Below are positions 9,211 through 20,600 of a stretch of 64,000 bases of DNA, piece after piece. Source of the stretch: a virus; the IMG/VR virus record IMGVR_UViG_3300046535_002148, positions 32,001 to 96,000 of that record, one strand, 5' to 3'. The stretch's first letter is position 1; each line of letters opens with the position of its first letter. The position numbers and the translations under genes are program-made. The notes under the pieces were generated by a model that was not told the DNA's origin, made no database searches, and saw nothing but the letters and a program-made list of their open reading frames with translations.

Positions 9211-10151
9211 GAGACCCTCCGGGTGAGAAAGGTCCGGGCCTGGTAGGTGGCGCGCCAGGTCTCCTTGGCCGAGGGCCGCTGCTCGGTGATGTTCAACTCG
9301 ATGAACATCACTTCCCAGGTGCGCTGGAAGTGGTCGCGCACGAGGAGGAAGTTCGGCTTGTTCGACCAACGCCGCAGCTCCTCGTACATGGCCTGGCCGC
9401 GGATGACCCCGTTGAAGGTCCATTCGACCGGGCTGCGGCCGGTGCGGCGGGTCAGTGGGATGCCGGCGGTGCCGAGGGTCTCCAGCGCCTTGCTGGGGTG
9501 AGGGGTCGTCATCTGCCGGGGGTTGACCGGCATCTGCCACGTCTCGTTGAGGACGGGGTCGGTGAAGGTCCAGCGGTAGTTGGCCGGCGCCGGCGCGATG
9601 GCCGTGGGGATGTTGATGTTGTCGAACGCCGCGGCACCGGGAGCGGTCTCGGTCCCGTAGTAGCCGCAGAACAGGTCGAGGGTCACTGCGGTGAGCGGGA
9701 AGGTGCCCGTGGCCACCGAGTGCCGGGTCGTCCAGGCGACGCCGTCCCCGGAGGTCTCGAAGTAGACGGTGCCGTTGGATTCACGGATGCGCCACCCGGA
9801 GTGGACAGCCGGGTCGAAGGTGGTGCTCGACTGCGTCTGGACCCCGCCGATGATCGCGCGGAAGGTGAATACGCCGCCTGAGATGAAGATCTGCAGTTTG
9901 TTGCCGGTCCCGCCCTGCAGTTCGAAGCCGGACTCGATGGTGCCGTTGCCCGCGTCCGGGATGCCCCGCACGGTGAGGTAGGCCGCGGACCCGGTCAGGT
10001 CGTAGGAGCTGACGGTGCCGATCGAGGAGTAGGCAGGCGTACACGGCAGGGAGAGGTATCCGCTGGCGGTCGAGGGTGACCCGGCGGTACCCCAGACAGC
10101 AGGGTCCAGTGGTCCGTCGAAGTTCTCGACGAGCGTGGAGATCGACGCCAT
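9207..10151 (-). CDS. Minor tail protein: lectin-like N-domain plus Dit-like C-domain
   Basis: WRIRESNGTVYFETSGDG beta domain; C-terminal RWTFTDP..MPVNP..WTFNG..VRDHF. Confidence 0.55.
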   Translation of the reverse strand: MASISTLVENFDGPLDPAVWGTAGSPSTASGYLSLPCTPAYSSIGTVSSYDLTGSAAYLTVRGIPDAGNGTIESGFELQGGTGNKLQIFISGGVFTFRAIIGGVQTQSSTTFDPAVHSGWRIRESNGTVYFETSGDGVAWTTRHSVATGTFPLTAVTLDLFCGYYGTETAPGAAAFDNINIPTAIAPAPANYRWTFTDPVLNETWQMPVNPRQMTTPHPSKALETLGTAGIPLTRRTGRSPVEWTFNGVIRGQAMYEELRRWSNKPNFLLVRDHFQRTWEVMFIELNITEQRPSAKETWRATYQARTFLTRRVS

Positions 10152-10224
10152 CGGCCGCTACCGGTCCAGTCCCGAGGTGCCCGTCACCCTTGGGTGGTTC
10201 GGCCCGTCCGGGGTCGACGGCAAA

Positions 10225-13200
10225 TCACGTTTGGACTGGGCCGCGGTAGATCAGGAAGCTCAGCTCGTAGTCGTGGGCCCACGGCGCAGTGGCGTTGCGG
10301 TGAGGGGTCGCGTTGAACGAGACCACGGTCACGACCCAGCCCCGGCCACGGTGGTCGACCACCCAGAACCGTCGGTTCAACCCCGAGAAGGCGAGCAGCT
10401 TCTCGTAGTGCTCCTGGGTCTCGAGGTAGCCCTTGCAGGACCAGTTCTGCGCCGGGCGGGTGCCCTCCCAGAAGACGAGCTGGCCGTGCGGGGACGTGGT
10501 GGCGTCGGAGGTGACCGGGCGCACGCCGAACGGGGATGTCATCTCACTGGGGTTCCACGGCACCTGGTAGGTGCCCAGCCCGCCGGGCATCGGGTCCTGG
10601 AACACCCAACGCTGCACCGACCCGGTGGTGTCGGGCAGGTCGGTGGGCGCGATCTCCAGAGCCGAGGGGGCGCCCAGGGGCGGGGAGACGACGGTCAGGG
10701 TGGATGACGCGCTCTCGGCGGTGACGTTGCTCGAGCCCGAGGCGATCGCGGTGAGGGTGTACGTGCCCGGCTGGAGCAGTCGGGCGATCGGCAGGGAGAA
10801 CTCGACCAGTCCTCCGGTCTCGTCGGTCATGACGTAGAAGGGCGGATTGCCGTTGCCGTTGGCCTGCAGCGGTGTGGCCGCGGCGCCGTTGGCGGTGATG
10901 GGGTCACCGTCGAGCTCGAAGGTGACCGTGATGCCGCGGTTGAAGTTGAGCAGGGTCGCCACAACCGCCCCGGGGGTACGGAACAGCCGGGTCTCCTGCA
11001 GGTGCAGTACGCCGTCGTAGGGGGCGGGCAGCATCGCCCAGTCGACGTTGACGTTGACCATCGAGCTGCCGGCGGTGCGCAGCACACGGATGTAGGTGTC
11101 GACGCCGCCGGAGACGGGGACCTCGACCTGCTGCCCCTGGCTGGTCGAGACCCGCTGGATGGTGTCGAGGTAGGAGCCCTGGTAGACGTCGATGATGTAG
11201 CCGGCGTTCGTGGTCAGGGAGCTGATGCGTAGCACGCCGTTGTTGGGTGTGGTGTACCGGGCCCAGTAGCTCTTGGTGCCGCCGTTGAGGTCGGGTTCAC
11301 CGGTCTGCACGGTCGTGTTGGCGATGTCGGCCGGGAAGGTGCCGGAGAGGAAGTCGCCTCCTGCGGACAAGACATAGGGCGCCTCGAAGTGGTCGCCGAT
11401 GCTGTAGGTGCTCGGCAACTGCATCAGCTTGCCCGGCAGGACCTGCACCATCGCCGTCTGTCCGGCGAGGTTGAGGAACCGGTTGGCCAGGGTGATGTTC
11501 GAAGGCGGTGCTGTCTGCAGGATCGTGGCTGTGGCGCCGCTGAGGTCCAGGGCGAAGTAGCCGGCGGCGACGCTCGTCGAGGCGGTGGCACCGGTCAGAG
11601 GCCCGGACACCTTGGCGGTGGCACCGCTGATCGCGTTGTACGGATCGACCGCCGCACCGATGTTGACCGTGGCGGTCGGGGTCTGGATGTCGTCGGGCTG
11701 CAGCGAGTACACGGCCTCCGAGCGGGAGGCGGTGATGGTGGCGGCAGTCGCGGTGACCGCGGTGATCGTGACGCTGCCGATCGTCCGGGCGGTCTTGTAG
11801 AGCCGGTCGGCCTCGCTGACGGTCAGTTCGCGTCGCCAGATCGCGACCTCGTCGATCGTGCCCTTGAAGGCCGTCTTGCCTGCCCATGCGCGTCCGATGT
11901 ACCACTGCTTGGCGTTGGCGTAGGTCCCCAGGACCAGACTGCCGGTGATCGTGCGGGAGTAGGACATGACCCCGTCGACGAAGATCTTCAGTGTCGACAG
12001 ACCACTGCCGTCGGGACTGCTGACGGTCAGCACGAGGTGTCGGGGCAGGTTGTTGTTGAGCTTGACGCCGGTGGTCAGTGTCGTGTTGACCCCGTCGGTG
12101 GCGGTGGGGCAGTTGAAGACCAGGCCGTTGGTGTTGTCGTGCGTGAGCCACCATTGCCGCTGTCCGGCGCCGTTGGAGTAGTAGCGGCCCATGACGAACA
12201 TGTCAGCGGTGGAGTCGGTCTTCATGATGAAGGTGACCGAGAGGCCCGGGAGGGCGTCCATCCACGAGACGAGGCTGGAGTAACCGGGGAAGTCGACCGA
12301 GCTGGTGAGGGCCTCGATCGCCAGGTCGTTGTCACCGACGACCATGCCCGGGGAGAACTTGATGTTGGTGTTCGGGGCGTAGGTGGCGAACGCGGTGTCG
12401 TTCCCCATCTCGTCGGTCAGGACCTTGCCGGTGACCGGGGCGACGGTGGCGCCCGGGGTCTGGGTGGTCTCGGCGGAGAACGCGCTGCCCAGGGCCGGCC
12501 CGGAGGTGGTGACCGCCCGGACGACGTACTTCCACTTGATCGTGTCCGCGGGCCCGACGTGGGTGTAGCTGGTGCCGCCGGAGGCGACGGAGGCCAGCAA
12601 CGTGTAGGTGTTGTCGTCCTGAGAGGCCCAGACCTCGGTCTTGTACTCGGCGTACCCGACGTGGTTGGTCCAGGTGATGACCTGGTTCGCGCCCGAGGAG
12701 CTGCGCAGGACGTTGGTCGGCGTCCCCGGTGTGGTCCAGATGTAGCCGGAGGTCGAGTAGGCCGAGGACCCGATGCTGTTGTTGCCACGGACCGCGTAGT
12801 TGTACCGGCTGTTGGCCGCGATGGCGTTGTCGGTGTAGCTGGTGGCGGTCGCCGCCAGGGTCGCCAAACCGGCGCCGTTGCGCAGCAGGGTGATGCTCGT
12901 GTACGGCTCACCGGAGGTGTAGTGGTCGGCCCAGGTGACGGACGCCGAGGCGTCGGAGTTGCGGCTGGCCGCGCACCCGGTCGGCGCGGCCGGCGCGCCG
13001 TAGGGACGGGTAGGAACGGTGGAGACGAGCGACTTGGTCGGGGTGACGCCGTTGAACGCCCCGGAGACGGTGGCGGTGAAGGTGACTCCGCCGGGGCTCG
13101 AGCCGTAGTTGGAGTAGGTGTAGGTGTAGCTCTTGGTCGCGCGCAGTTGCGCGCCGCCGCTGTCGTTGTTGGTGTAGCTGGTCGTGCCGCTGATGTCGTC

Positions 13201-13371
13201 GGAGTAGGTCAGCGTCTGGCTGTCGCTGTAGCTGTACTGGTTCTCGGTGTAGATGCTGATGGTCGCGACAGCGGTGGAGCTGGTGTGGGCCGGCGTGCTC
13301 CAGGACACGTCGATGCCGACGCGCATGCCGTTGCCGCCTGAATAATCCCAGCTTCCCCAACTGATGGCCAT
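10225..13371 (-). CDS. Large minor tail protein (FN3-like repeats, LamG-like domain, C-terminal Dit-like domain)
   Basis: FN3 pattern PAAPTG...YNYAVRGNN; LamG pattern IFVDG...FKGTIDEVAIWRREL; C-terminus RWVFQDP..VPWNP..WSCKG..VVDHR. Confidence 0.7.
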   Translation of the reverse strand: MAISWGSWDYSGGNGMRVGIDVSWSTPAHTSSTAVATISIYTENQYSYSDSQTLTYSDDISGTTSYTNNDSGGAQLRATKSYTYTYSNYGSSPGGVTFTATVSGAFNGVTPTKSLVSTVPTRPYGAPAAPTGCAASRNSDASASVTWADHYTSGEPYTSITLLRNGAGLATLAATATSYTDNAIAANSRYNYAVRGNNSIGSSAYSTSGYIWTTPGTPTNVLRSSSGANQVITWTNHVGYAEYKTEVWASQDDNTYTLLASVASGGTSYTHVGPADTIKWKYVVRAVTTSGPALGSAFSAETTQTPGATVAPVTGKVLTDEMGNDTAFATYAPNTNIKFSPGMVVGDNDLAIEALTSSVDFPGYSSLVSWMDALPGLSVTFIMKTDSTADMFVMGRYYSNGAGQRQWWLTHDNTNGLVFNCPTATDGVNTTLTTGVKLNNNLPRHLVLTVSSPDGSGLSTLKIFVDGVMSYSRTITGSLVLGTYANAKQWYIGRAWAGKTAFKGTIDEVAIWRRELTVSEADRLYKTARTIGSVTITAVTATAATITASRSEAVYSLQPDDIQTPTATVNIGAAVDPYNAISGATAKVSGPLTGATASTSVAAGYFALDLSGATATILQTAPPSNITLANRFLNLAGQTAMVQVLPGKLMQLPSTYSIGDHFEAPYVLSAGGDFLSGTFPADIANTTVQTGEPDLNGGTKSYWARYTTPNNGVLRISSLTTNAGYIIDVYQGSYLDTIQRVSTSQGQQVEVPVSGGVDTYIRVLRTAGSSMVNVNVDWAMLPAPYDGVLHLQETRLFRTPGAVVATLLNFNRGITVTFELDGDPITANGAAATPLQANGNGNPPFYVMTDETGGLVEFSLPIARLLQPGTYTLTAIASGSSNVTAESASSTLTVVSPPLGAPSALEIAPTDLPDTTGSVQRWVFQDPMPGGLGTYQVPWNPSEMTSPFGVRPVTSDATTSPHGQLVFWEGTRPAQNWSCKGYLETQEHYEKLLAFSGLNRRFWVVDHRGRGWVVTVVSFNATPHRNATAPWAHDYELSFLIYRGPVQT

Positions 13372-13400
13372 GCCGCTCCCCTATCGAACGGGCGGGTTGC

Positions 13401-14153
13401 TCACGAGGAGCTCCCCATCCGGAAGTAGACGTACGGCGCCATTCCGACGACGAGGTCCCGGTAGGTCGGGCGGACCATGCCCACGGTGATTCCCGGTGTC
13501 TGAGGGGCCGTCACATTTCCGGTGGCGCCGGTGAGGACCGGATTGGCGAGGAAGTTGTCCACCACGACGACGAGGCCGGAGTTGGTGTTGCCGGTGGAGC
13601 GGATCGCGCGCGCGCCGACCTTGCCGGGGTTGCCGGCCAGGTCGGTGTCGGCCGCAGTCACGTCCCACGTGCTCGGCTCGGTGCCGGTCCAGGCCCGTCC
13701 CTGCAGGGTGGAGCCGGCGATGTTGAACCGGGTCCGGTAGACGGTGTTGGCCGCTGCCGTGAAGGTGGATCCCATGGCCAGGGTGGTGAAGGTGCCGGCG
13801 ACCCTCTTGACCAGCGAGACGTAGTAGGTGCCGTCGGTGAGGAAGTTCAACGCGAGCTTGTAGAAGTTCTGGTCGTCCAGGGCGCGGGCCATGGAGCCGC
13901 ACGAAACGCTGGCCCCGGTGGGCAGTGCGGTGATCTGGTACTCCGCGTAGACGTCGAGGTCGAGCACGGTGACCGGGTTGAAGGCATGGTCGGACGTGCC
14001 GGCCGTGCCCATGGCCATGCGACCGGTGGTCCCGTTGACGGAGAAGTCGGCCGCGGTGGTGAGGGTCCAGGCCGCGCCGGTCTCAGGGGTGCCCCACGAC
14101 CCGGCAGCGACCGTCCGGGTGAACGTGTCACGGACGAGCGCGAGATCTACCAT
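13401..14153 (-). CDS. Minor tail protein
   Basis: DTFTRTVAAGSWG...RAWTGTEPSTW beta-rich virion domain; position after the tape measure gene. Confidence 0.6.
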   Translation of the reverse strand: MVDLALVRDTFTRTVAAGSWGTPETGAAWTLTTAADFSVNGTTGRMAMGTAGTSDHAFNPVTVLDLDVYAEYQITALPTGASVSCGSMARALDDQNFYKLALNFLTDGTYYVSLVKRVAGTFTTLAMGSTFTAAANTVYRTRFNIAGSTLQGRAWTGTEPSTWDVTAADTDLAGNPGKVGARAIRSTGNTNSGLVVVVDNFLANPVLTGATGNVTAPQTPGITVGMVRPTYRDLVVGMAPYVYFRMGSSS

Positions 14154-14157
14154 CGGA

Positions 14158-14589
14158 TCAGGCGACGACCAGCTGGACGAGCCCGGTCGTGGGCACGGCG
14201 ATCTTCACGTCCTGCGCCGAGGCGGAGTACGTGGCCTCGAAGTCCATGTAGGACAGCAAGGGCTTGGTGCCGGAGTTCTGGTACAGGACCAGGTACCGGA
14301 TGTTCGCCAGGGTGACGGCGGTGAAGGTGATCGGCGTGACCGTGGTGGTGAGCTTGAGGGTGTTCGTGGTGCCGTCGTAACTGGCGGTCTTTCCGGTCAG
14401 CGCCACCCCACCGGCGGTGTAGTTGGTGCCGGTGCACTCACCGGACAGGTCGGTCCAGTACCGGTGGGTGTCCTGGTTGGGCACGTAGGTCGAGGTGAAC
14501 AACGCGGCGTTGATGGCGTTGGCGGTGTAGTTCAGCTCGGCGTTCACCAGGGACAGCGTGAGCGGTCCGTATGCGCGGGCGATGGTCAT
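14158..14589 (-). CDS. Minor tail protein
   Basis: GTNYTAGGVALTGKT...ITF motif of small actinophage tail/fibre proteins; directly after the tape measure gene. Confidence 0.55.
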   Translation of the reverse strand: MTIARAYGPLTLSLVNAELNYTANAINAALFTSTYVPNQDTHRYWTDLSGECTGTNYTAGGVALTGKTASYDGTTNTLKLTTTVTPITFTAVTLANIRYLVLYQNSGTKPLLSYMDFEATYSASAQDVKIAVPTTGLVQLVVA

Positions 14590-14665
14590 GCTGAGGTCTC
14601 CCGGAGTCGTGAGTTGACCCTGGTTTCATCGACTGGCCCCGGCGGGCCAGCAAACTGACCGAGCA

Positions 14666-17600
14666 TCATTTCTTCGTCGCCGTCGTCATGGACTGCGTGG
14701 CCGTCGGTCCGAAGGTGTCGGCGAGGACCTTCTGCATCGTCGGGATGTCGGCGCCGTTGACGTAGATGTTCACCGTCTGCGCGTTGCCCTGGGCGTACTG
14801 GCCGTAGTTCGCGGCCTGGGCGCCGATAAAGCGCCGGACCTCGTACTCGGTCGGGAGCTTGACGTCGCCGATGTTGAACTGGCCGGACATGGCGTCGCGG
14901 GCGTCCTTGAGCAGCCCGTCGATCTGGTCGAGCTCCTGCTGCTGCTGGTACGTGCGGTCCTTGACCGCGGACAGGCGGTCGTGCTCGTTCGACAGGTACT
15001 TGATGTACTGCGCGTGCGTGATCCGCCCGAGGTGATCGGCGGTCTGCACGGCCGAGAGGTTCTTGTCGAAGGCCGCGGCCTCCTCGGAGGCCTGTTGGGT
15101 CTTGACGTCGAGCTGGTCGGCGGAGATGACCTCGTCGAGCCCGGCGATCTGGGTGCCGAGCGCCTTCTTCTGTGAGGCGCTGACCGCGGCGTTGTACTGC
15201 TTGACCAGGTTGTCGCGCGCGGCCTTGTCGGTGGCCAGCTGCTTGTTCACGGCAGCAAGTTGGCTCTCGTACTTGGCCTTGTTCTTCTTGCTGTGCGACT
15301 TGGCGATCAGGTCCTCGAGCGCCTGCTGCTTCTTGTAGTCGGCGGAGACCTTGGCCCCGGCGGAGTCACGCTTCTTGGCCAGGGCGGCGATGCTGGCTGC
15401 GTCGGACCTCTGCTCGGCGACCAGGGCGGCGCGGCTCTTCAGGTCGGTGTTCAGCTTCGACCGGGCCTGCTGGGTGTTCGCCTTGGCCTGGACCAGCGGG
15501 TCGGTGATGTCGCTGCCGAGCAGGTACAGGGTCTTGGCGTAGTCGCGTTGCGCGGTCGCGTAGGCGTCCTGGGCGGAGTGGAGCTCGGTGAGGGCCTGGT
15601 AGTAGGCCGCGGATTCGGCACCGGCGAACTTCAGGGCGTTCTTCACCTTGTCGGTGGCGTCGGCCATCTTGGCGCTGGCGGATGCCACGCTGGCGCCGCT
15701 GGGCACCCGCGACGCGCGCCGGGAGGACGCCACCTCGGCCGCGGCGTCGGCGATCGTGGACTGCTGCTGGTTGATCTGGTCGGTGAGCTCGTAGTACTCC
15801 TGCGTGCCCTTGGTCGTCAGATTCCGCTTGGACGTCAGGTTGGTCAGCGCGATCTGGTCGCGCTTGAGGTTGTCCCCGGGCCGGGTCGCGGCCAACTGCT
15901 GGGCATTGGTGCGGGCGACCGTCGACTGGGCGATCTGCAGGCTGAGCTGCTTGACCTCGGCGAGGGCCTGGTAGTACTCCGGCTGCCCCTTCGGGTAGAA
16001 CTTCTTGCCGGCGGTGGCCCCGATCAGCTGCGCCCGGAGCTGACTCAACTGCGACTTCGGGTCGGCGTTGGCCTGCGCCTGCGCCTGGACCAACTGGACC
16101 GCAGCGACCTGCGCCAGCCTCTCCTGGGCCGAGGCGACGTCGATGTTGGACTGCATCTGGCCTGAGGTCAGCGCGCCGCTACTGCTGCCGCTCTTCTTGG
16201 CGCCGGCGGCAGCGGCCTTGCTGGCACTGCCCAGGTTGCTGATCTGCGACGTGAGGTCGTTGCGCTGGCGGATCAGTGCGCCGACGTCGGAGGGGTCGGC
16301 GGTCTTGATCTGGTCGTTGATGCTCTTGACCTGACTCTCCAGGTCCGCCTTGGAGATCCCGTCGGTGATGGAGCTGCCGAACAGCGCCGTCGCGTTGGAC
16401 ATGCGCGTGCCACGCGCCTCACCGGAGGAGCGTTCGAACATCTGGTCGAAGACCGCCGCGGCGCTGCTCGCCGTGCTGGTGCCCAGCAGGGCCCGCAGTG
16501 ACTTGTTCTCCCCGCCCGAGAGCTCCTGCCAGAGGTAGCCGAGCTGGGCGTCGAGGTCGGTCTCCTTGAGGCCGTGCTTCTTGGCGTAGGCCTGCAGGTC
16601 CGTTCGCCGGCCACCCTCCCACTGGGCGATGCCGATCGCCTTCTCGCCGGCGTTGTACGAGGTCGGGGAGAAGCCGGACTCGACCTGGAAGTTGCCCAGC
16701 ACGCCGGAGACCTGCGCCTTGCTCAGGCCCTTGCCCAGCAGGAACTTCGCGATGTACGCCGCGTTGGAATCGGAGGTTCCGGCCGCCCCGGTGGACAGTG
16801 GTGCCCCACCCGGGTAGACCGCGCCGTCGGCCGTGCCCCCGGTACTTGCGGTGGTGATGGAACCGAGCGCGGCGTTGACCCCGTCGATGATCTGCTGGCC
16901 GGCCTGCTTGCCGGTGTCCTGCCAGGGCAGGCCGGCGAAGGCGTCCAGGGCTGCGTTGCCGGCACCGACGATGTCGCCCTTGGCGATCAGCTCCTGGATC
17001 TGGTCTCCGCCGGGCAGTCCCTGGCCGGCGCCGAGTCCGCTCAGGTCACCTCCGGCGACCTGGTTCTGGTAGCGCTGCTTCTGCAGGGCCAGGTCCAGTG
17101 CGTTCTGCGCCTGGGCGAGGCTGCCCCGGGCGCCGGCGCCCTTGAGCTGGATCTCGTACTCCTTCTGCGACTCCAGCGCGTCGGCGAGTTCGCGGCGGGC
17201 CTGCAGTTCCTGCTGAACGGTCGCCTCGGTGACATCCATGTGGGTCGAGGCGGCGTTGGCCTCCTCCTGCAGGATTCCGGCGAGCTTCTGGCGTGCGATG
17301 GTGACCGGGTCGGCCGCGCGGTAGTCGCTCTGGTCGAAGATCCCGGCGCTGCGGGCCTGAAGTACGGCGGCGGCGTTGCCGTACTGCGAGTCCTGCGCCT
17401 TCTGGTTGAGGCGCTGGATGTTGCTCGATTGCAGGAAGTCCGAGCCGGTCTGGTCCAACCCGAGGACGTTGGTCGGGTCGAAGTCGGTCTTGAGCTTGTC
17501 CAGCCATCCCTGCCCGAAGGTCTGGGTGAGGATGTCGCGGGTCTTCGGGTCGACGTTGACCCCGCCGACGGCGACCTGGTTCTGCGCGAGCCGGTCGGCC

Positions 17601-20600
17601 AGTTCCTTCATCTGATCGTCCGTCAGCTTGCCGCCGCGCTGCGGGTTGATGCCGTTGGCGCCGAAGTAGTCGGTGACGATCTTCTTCGTGGAGTCGTTCA
17701 GTTTCTGGACGTCGCCGGCCGAGACATTCATCTCGAGCAGGCGTCGGGCGAAGGCGTTGTAGTCGTTCTTGTCGGCGGCGTCGTTGAGGCCCTTGTCGAT
17801 CAGGTTGGTGTCGTCGCCCTTGCGGATCAACTGCTTGAAGTAGTCGCCGAACCCGGGGCTCTTGATGTTTCCCTTGGCCAGGGTGATGTCGCCGAGGTCT
17901 GCACCGGACTGCTTCAGCGCGTCTGCGACGGCGTTGACGACCGTGTCGCTCTTCGGTGATCCGTAGAGGCCGGTGAGGTCGGCGATGGTCGAGTCGTAGC
18001 GCGATGCGATCAGGGTGCCCGGCTTCGCGCTGGACAGGTCACCGAGTGCCTTGTTGACCAGGTCGACGCTGTGCGCGGCGCTGACCCCGTGGTCGTCGAG
18101 GGCCTGGAAGGAGGCCTTCAGCCCGTCGATGGAGAAGTCCTGGAAGGGCTGCGCGTAGGGGTCGTCGGTGGATGCCTGCGCCGCGGCGGTGATCCGCGCC
18201 TTCTGTGCGTCGGCCTCCTTCTGCTTCGCGTCGGCGGCGTCGAGCAGTGCCTGACCCTGTGCGCCTCGGCCCTGCTGTCCGAACAGCTTGCCGACGTCGT
18301 CCTGGATGGAGCCGAAGAACCCACCGGCCGCGCTCTTGTAGTCCTGTCCGGCCTGGCGCAGCTCCTGGATGCCGGCCTGCAGGTCATCGACGGTCTTGGC
18401 CTGGTTGATCGCGATGAAGGCGTCGCGACTGGTCGCCTGGGCGTCGCTGGCCAGCTTCGACTTGTCGTTGTAGCCCTGGTAGACCTGGTCGGCGATGGTG
18501 ACGGCGATGAAGCCGCCGATTGCCTTGTTCGTGGCGCCGCCGAGAAGCCCCCGGACCCCGCCGCCGCGGCGCGACCCGACGGCGTTGAGAGCCCCGCTCG
18601 CCTCGAGTTCCGCGGCGTACTCGGCGTTGAGTCTGGCCGTGGCGGCGGCGAGGGCATCGGTGCTGAGAGTCAGCCGCAGGTTCAGGTCGTTGATGGCCAC
18701 GCCGGCTGCGGCGTAGCGCTCCTGGGCGTCGGTGACGGCCAGCAGTTCGGTCTGCAGTCGGCGCTCGACGATCTCGAGTTCCTGCTGCGCCCGGGCGTCG
18801 AGGTTCGTCGCCCGCACCGCGTTGATCTCTGCCTCGGTCCGCAGGGCGATCTCGCGGGCGATGCCGGCCTCGACCTGTGCCCGGGCCTGGATTGCCTGCT
18901 GTGCCGCCTTCTCGGCGGCGACCTCTTCCTTGAGGGCGCCCTGGAACGCGCCGATGCCGGGGTGCTCGATGGCGATCGGCTTCTTGCCCAGGGCGCGGCC
19001 GAGCCGACCGGGCTGGCTGCCCGGCAGGAAGACTGTGCTCTTCGGGATCCCGTCGGTCCCGCCGACCGCCCCGGCTCCGCCACCGATCGGGGTGCCGCCG
19101 GCGCCGGCGATGAACGCGCCACCGGAGGCGCGGTTGCGCAATGCGTTGTAGGCCTTGACCGCAAGGATGAGCTCGCCGAGGGTGATCAGCGCGCCGGAGA
19201 CGTAGCGTCCGAGGCCACCGAAGGCGCTGTTGAAGGCCTGGCCCATGTATCCGACGGCACCGGTGATGTCCGAGACGACCTTCAGGACGTGCTCGAGGAC
19301 GTCCAGCCCGACGCCGATGCCGGCGCCGAGCCCGGTGCGGGCGAGGTTGATCTGGATGTTCTTGACGTCGCCGGAGATGCGGCGGTAGAGCCCGGCGAGG
19401 TCGGCCTGCTTCTTGTTGAACAGGTCCGCGCCGGCCCCGACGTTCTTCAGGTCCTCCCCGGAGCGCTGCAGGATCGACTCGGCCTCGCTCAGCGCGACCG
19501 TGAACTCGCGGGCGTTGGCCGGGCCACCCAGTCGGGCGGTGAGGGCGCGTTGCTGGTCGAGGGGCACCTTGCCGGACTGGAACTGCTTCTGCAGTTGCGC
19601 CATCTGCTGCAGGATGCTCTGGTCGGTGTCGATGCCCAGGCCCGTGAGGATCTTCTGTGCGCCGGCGCCGTTGAAGATCTGGGTGATCTTGCCGATGCGG
19701 GTGGCGACGGTCTGGCCCGACTGGTCGGTCCGAGCTGTGATGGCGCCGATGAGGTCCGCGGCCTCGTTCAGCCCGATGCCGGCGCCGTGGGCGACCTCGG
19801 CGACGTTGGCCAGGCCCTGGGAGACCTGGCCGAGGTCACCGGTGTAGCGCCGGGCGTTGGCGATCGCGTCGGAGACCTGGTTGAGCTGGTTGGCTGCCAG
19901 GCCGTAGGAGCTGGCGATCGCCAGGACGTCCCCGGCTCGGTCGTGCACGTCCGAGCCGGTGTTGACCGCCACCTGCGCGGCGACGGTGGCGGTCTGCAGG
20001 GCGGTCTGGACCTTTTCCTGCTGCGGCGCCTCGGGTGCGGAGAGGACGCGCACGCCGCGGGCGGCGACGTCGAGGTACTGCCCGACGTTGGAGCCGGACA
20101 GCCGCGCCAGCCGCTCCAGGGACGGGGTGACCTCGTTGTCGATGACCGACCGGTAGCCGCGGAAGTCCTCCCCGCCGGTGGCCAGCGCCGAGGCGAGGTC
20201 GGTCAGGGAGTCGGTGTAGTCCAGGACCTGCTGCTTGGTCCCGCCCAGGGCGGAACTGACGCCGTAGATGATGCTGGACAGTGCGCCGTACTTGACCAGG
20301 CTGCCCGCGGTGCCGGCGATGCCGGTCAGGTCCGGGGCCAGGCTGCCGCCGGCGTGGAACCCGCGCGAGCTCAGTCCCCCGAGGAAGGCGTCGAAGGGGC
20401 CGCGCGGCGGGTTCGGACCGCTCGGGCCGCTGCCTCCTCCGCCTCCACTGCCGCCACCGCCGCCGTAGAAGGACTGCAGCCGCTGCTGGGCGTTGTTGGC
20501 GATCTGCGCTGCCGGGAGGATCGCTTCGGCGCGCAGCTGGGCGGCGGCGCGCTCGGCCGAGGTGGCGAGCAGGCGCATGGCCGGGCCCGCGCCGGACTGG

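Noticed and set aside
13372-13420. Readthrough or frameshift fusing 13401-14153 to 10225-13371
   Set aside because: The downstream frame has a TAG at 13381-13383 before its ATG, and the ATG has its own RBS, so two recoding events would be needed.
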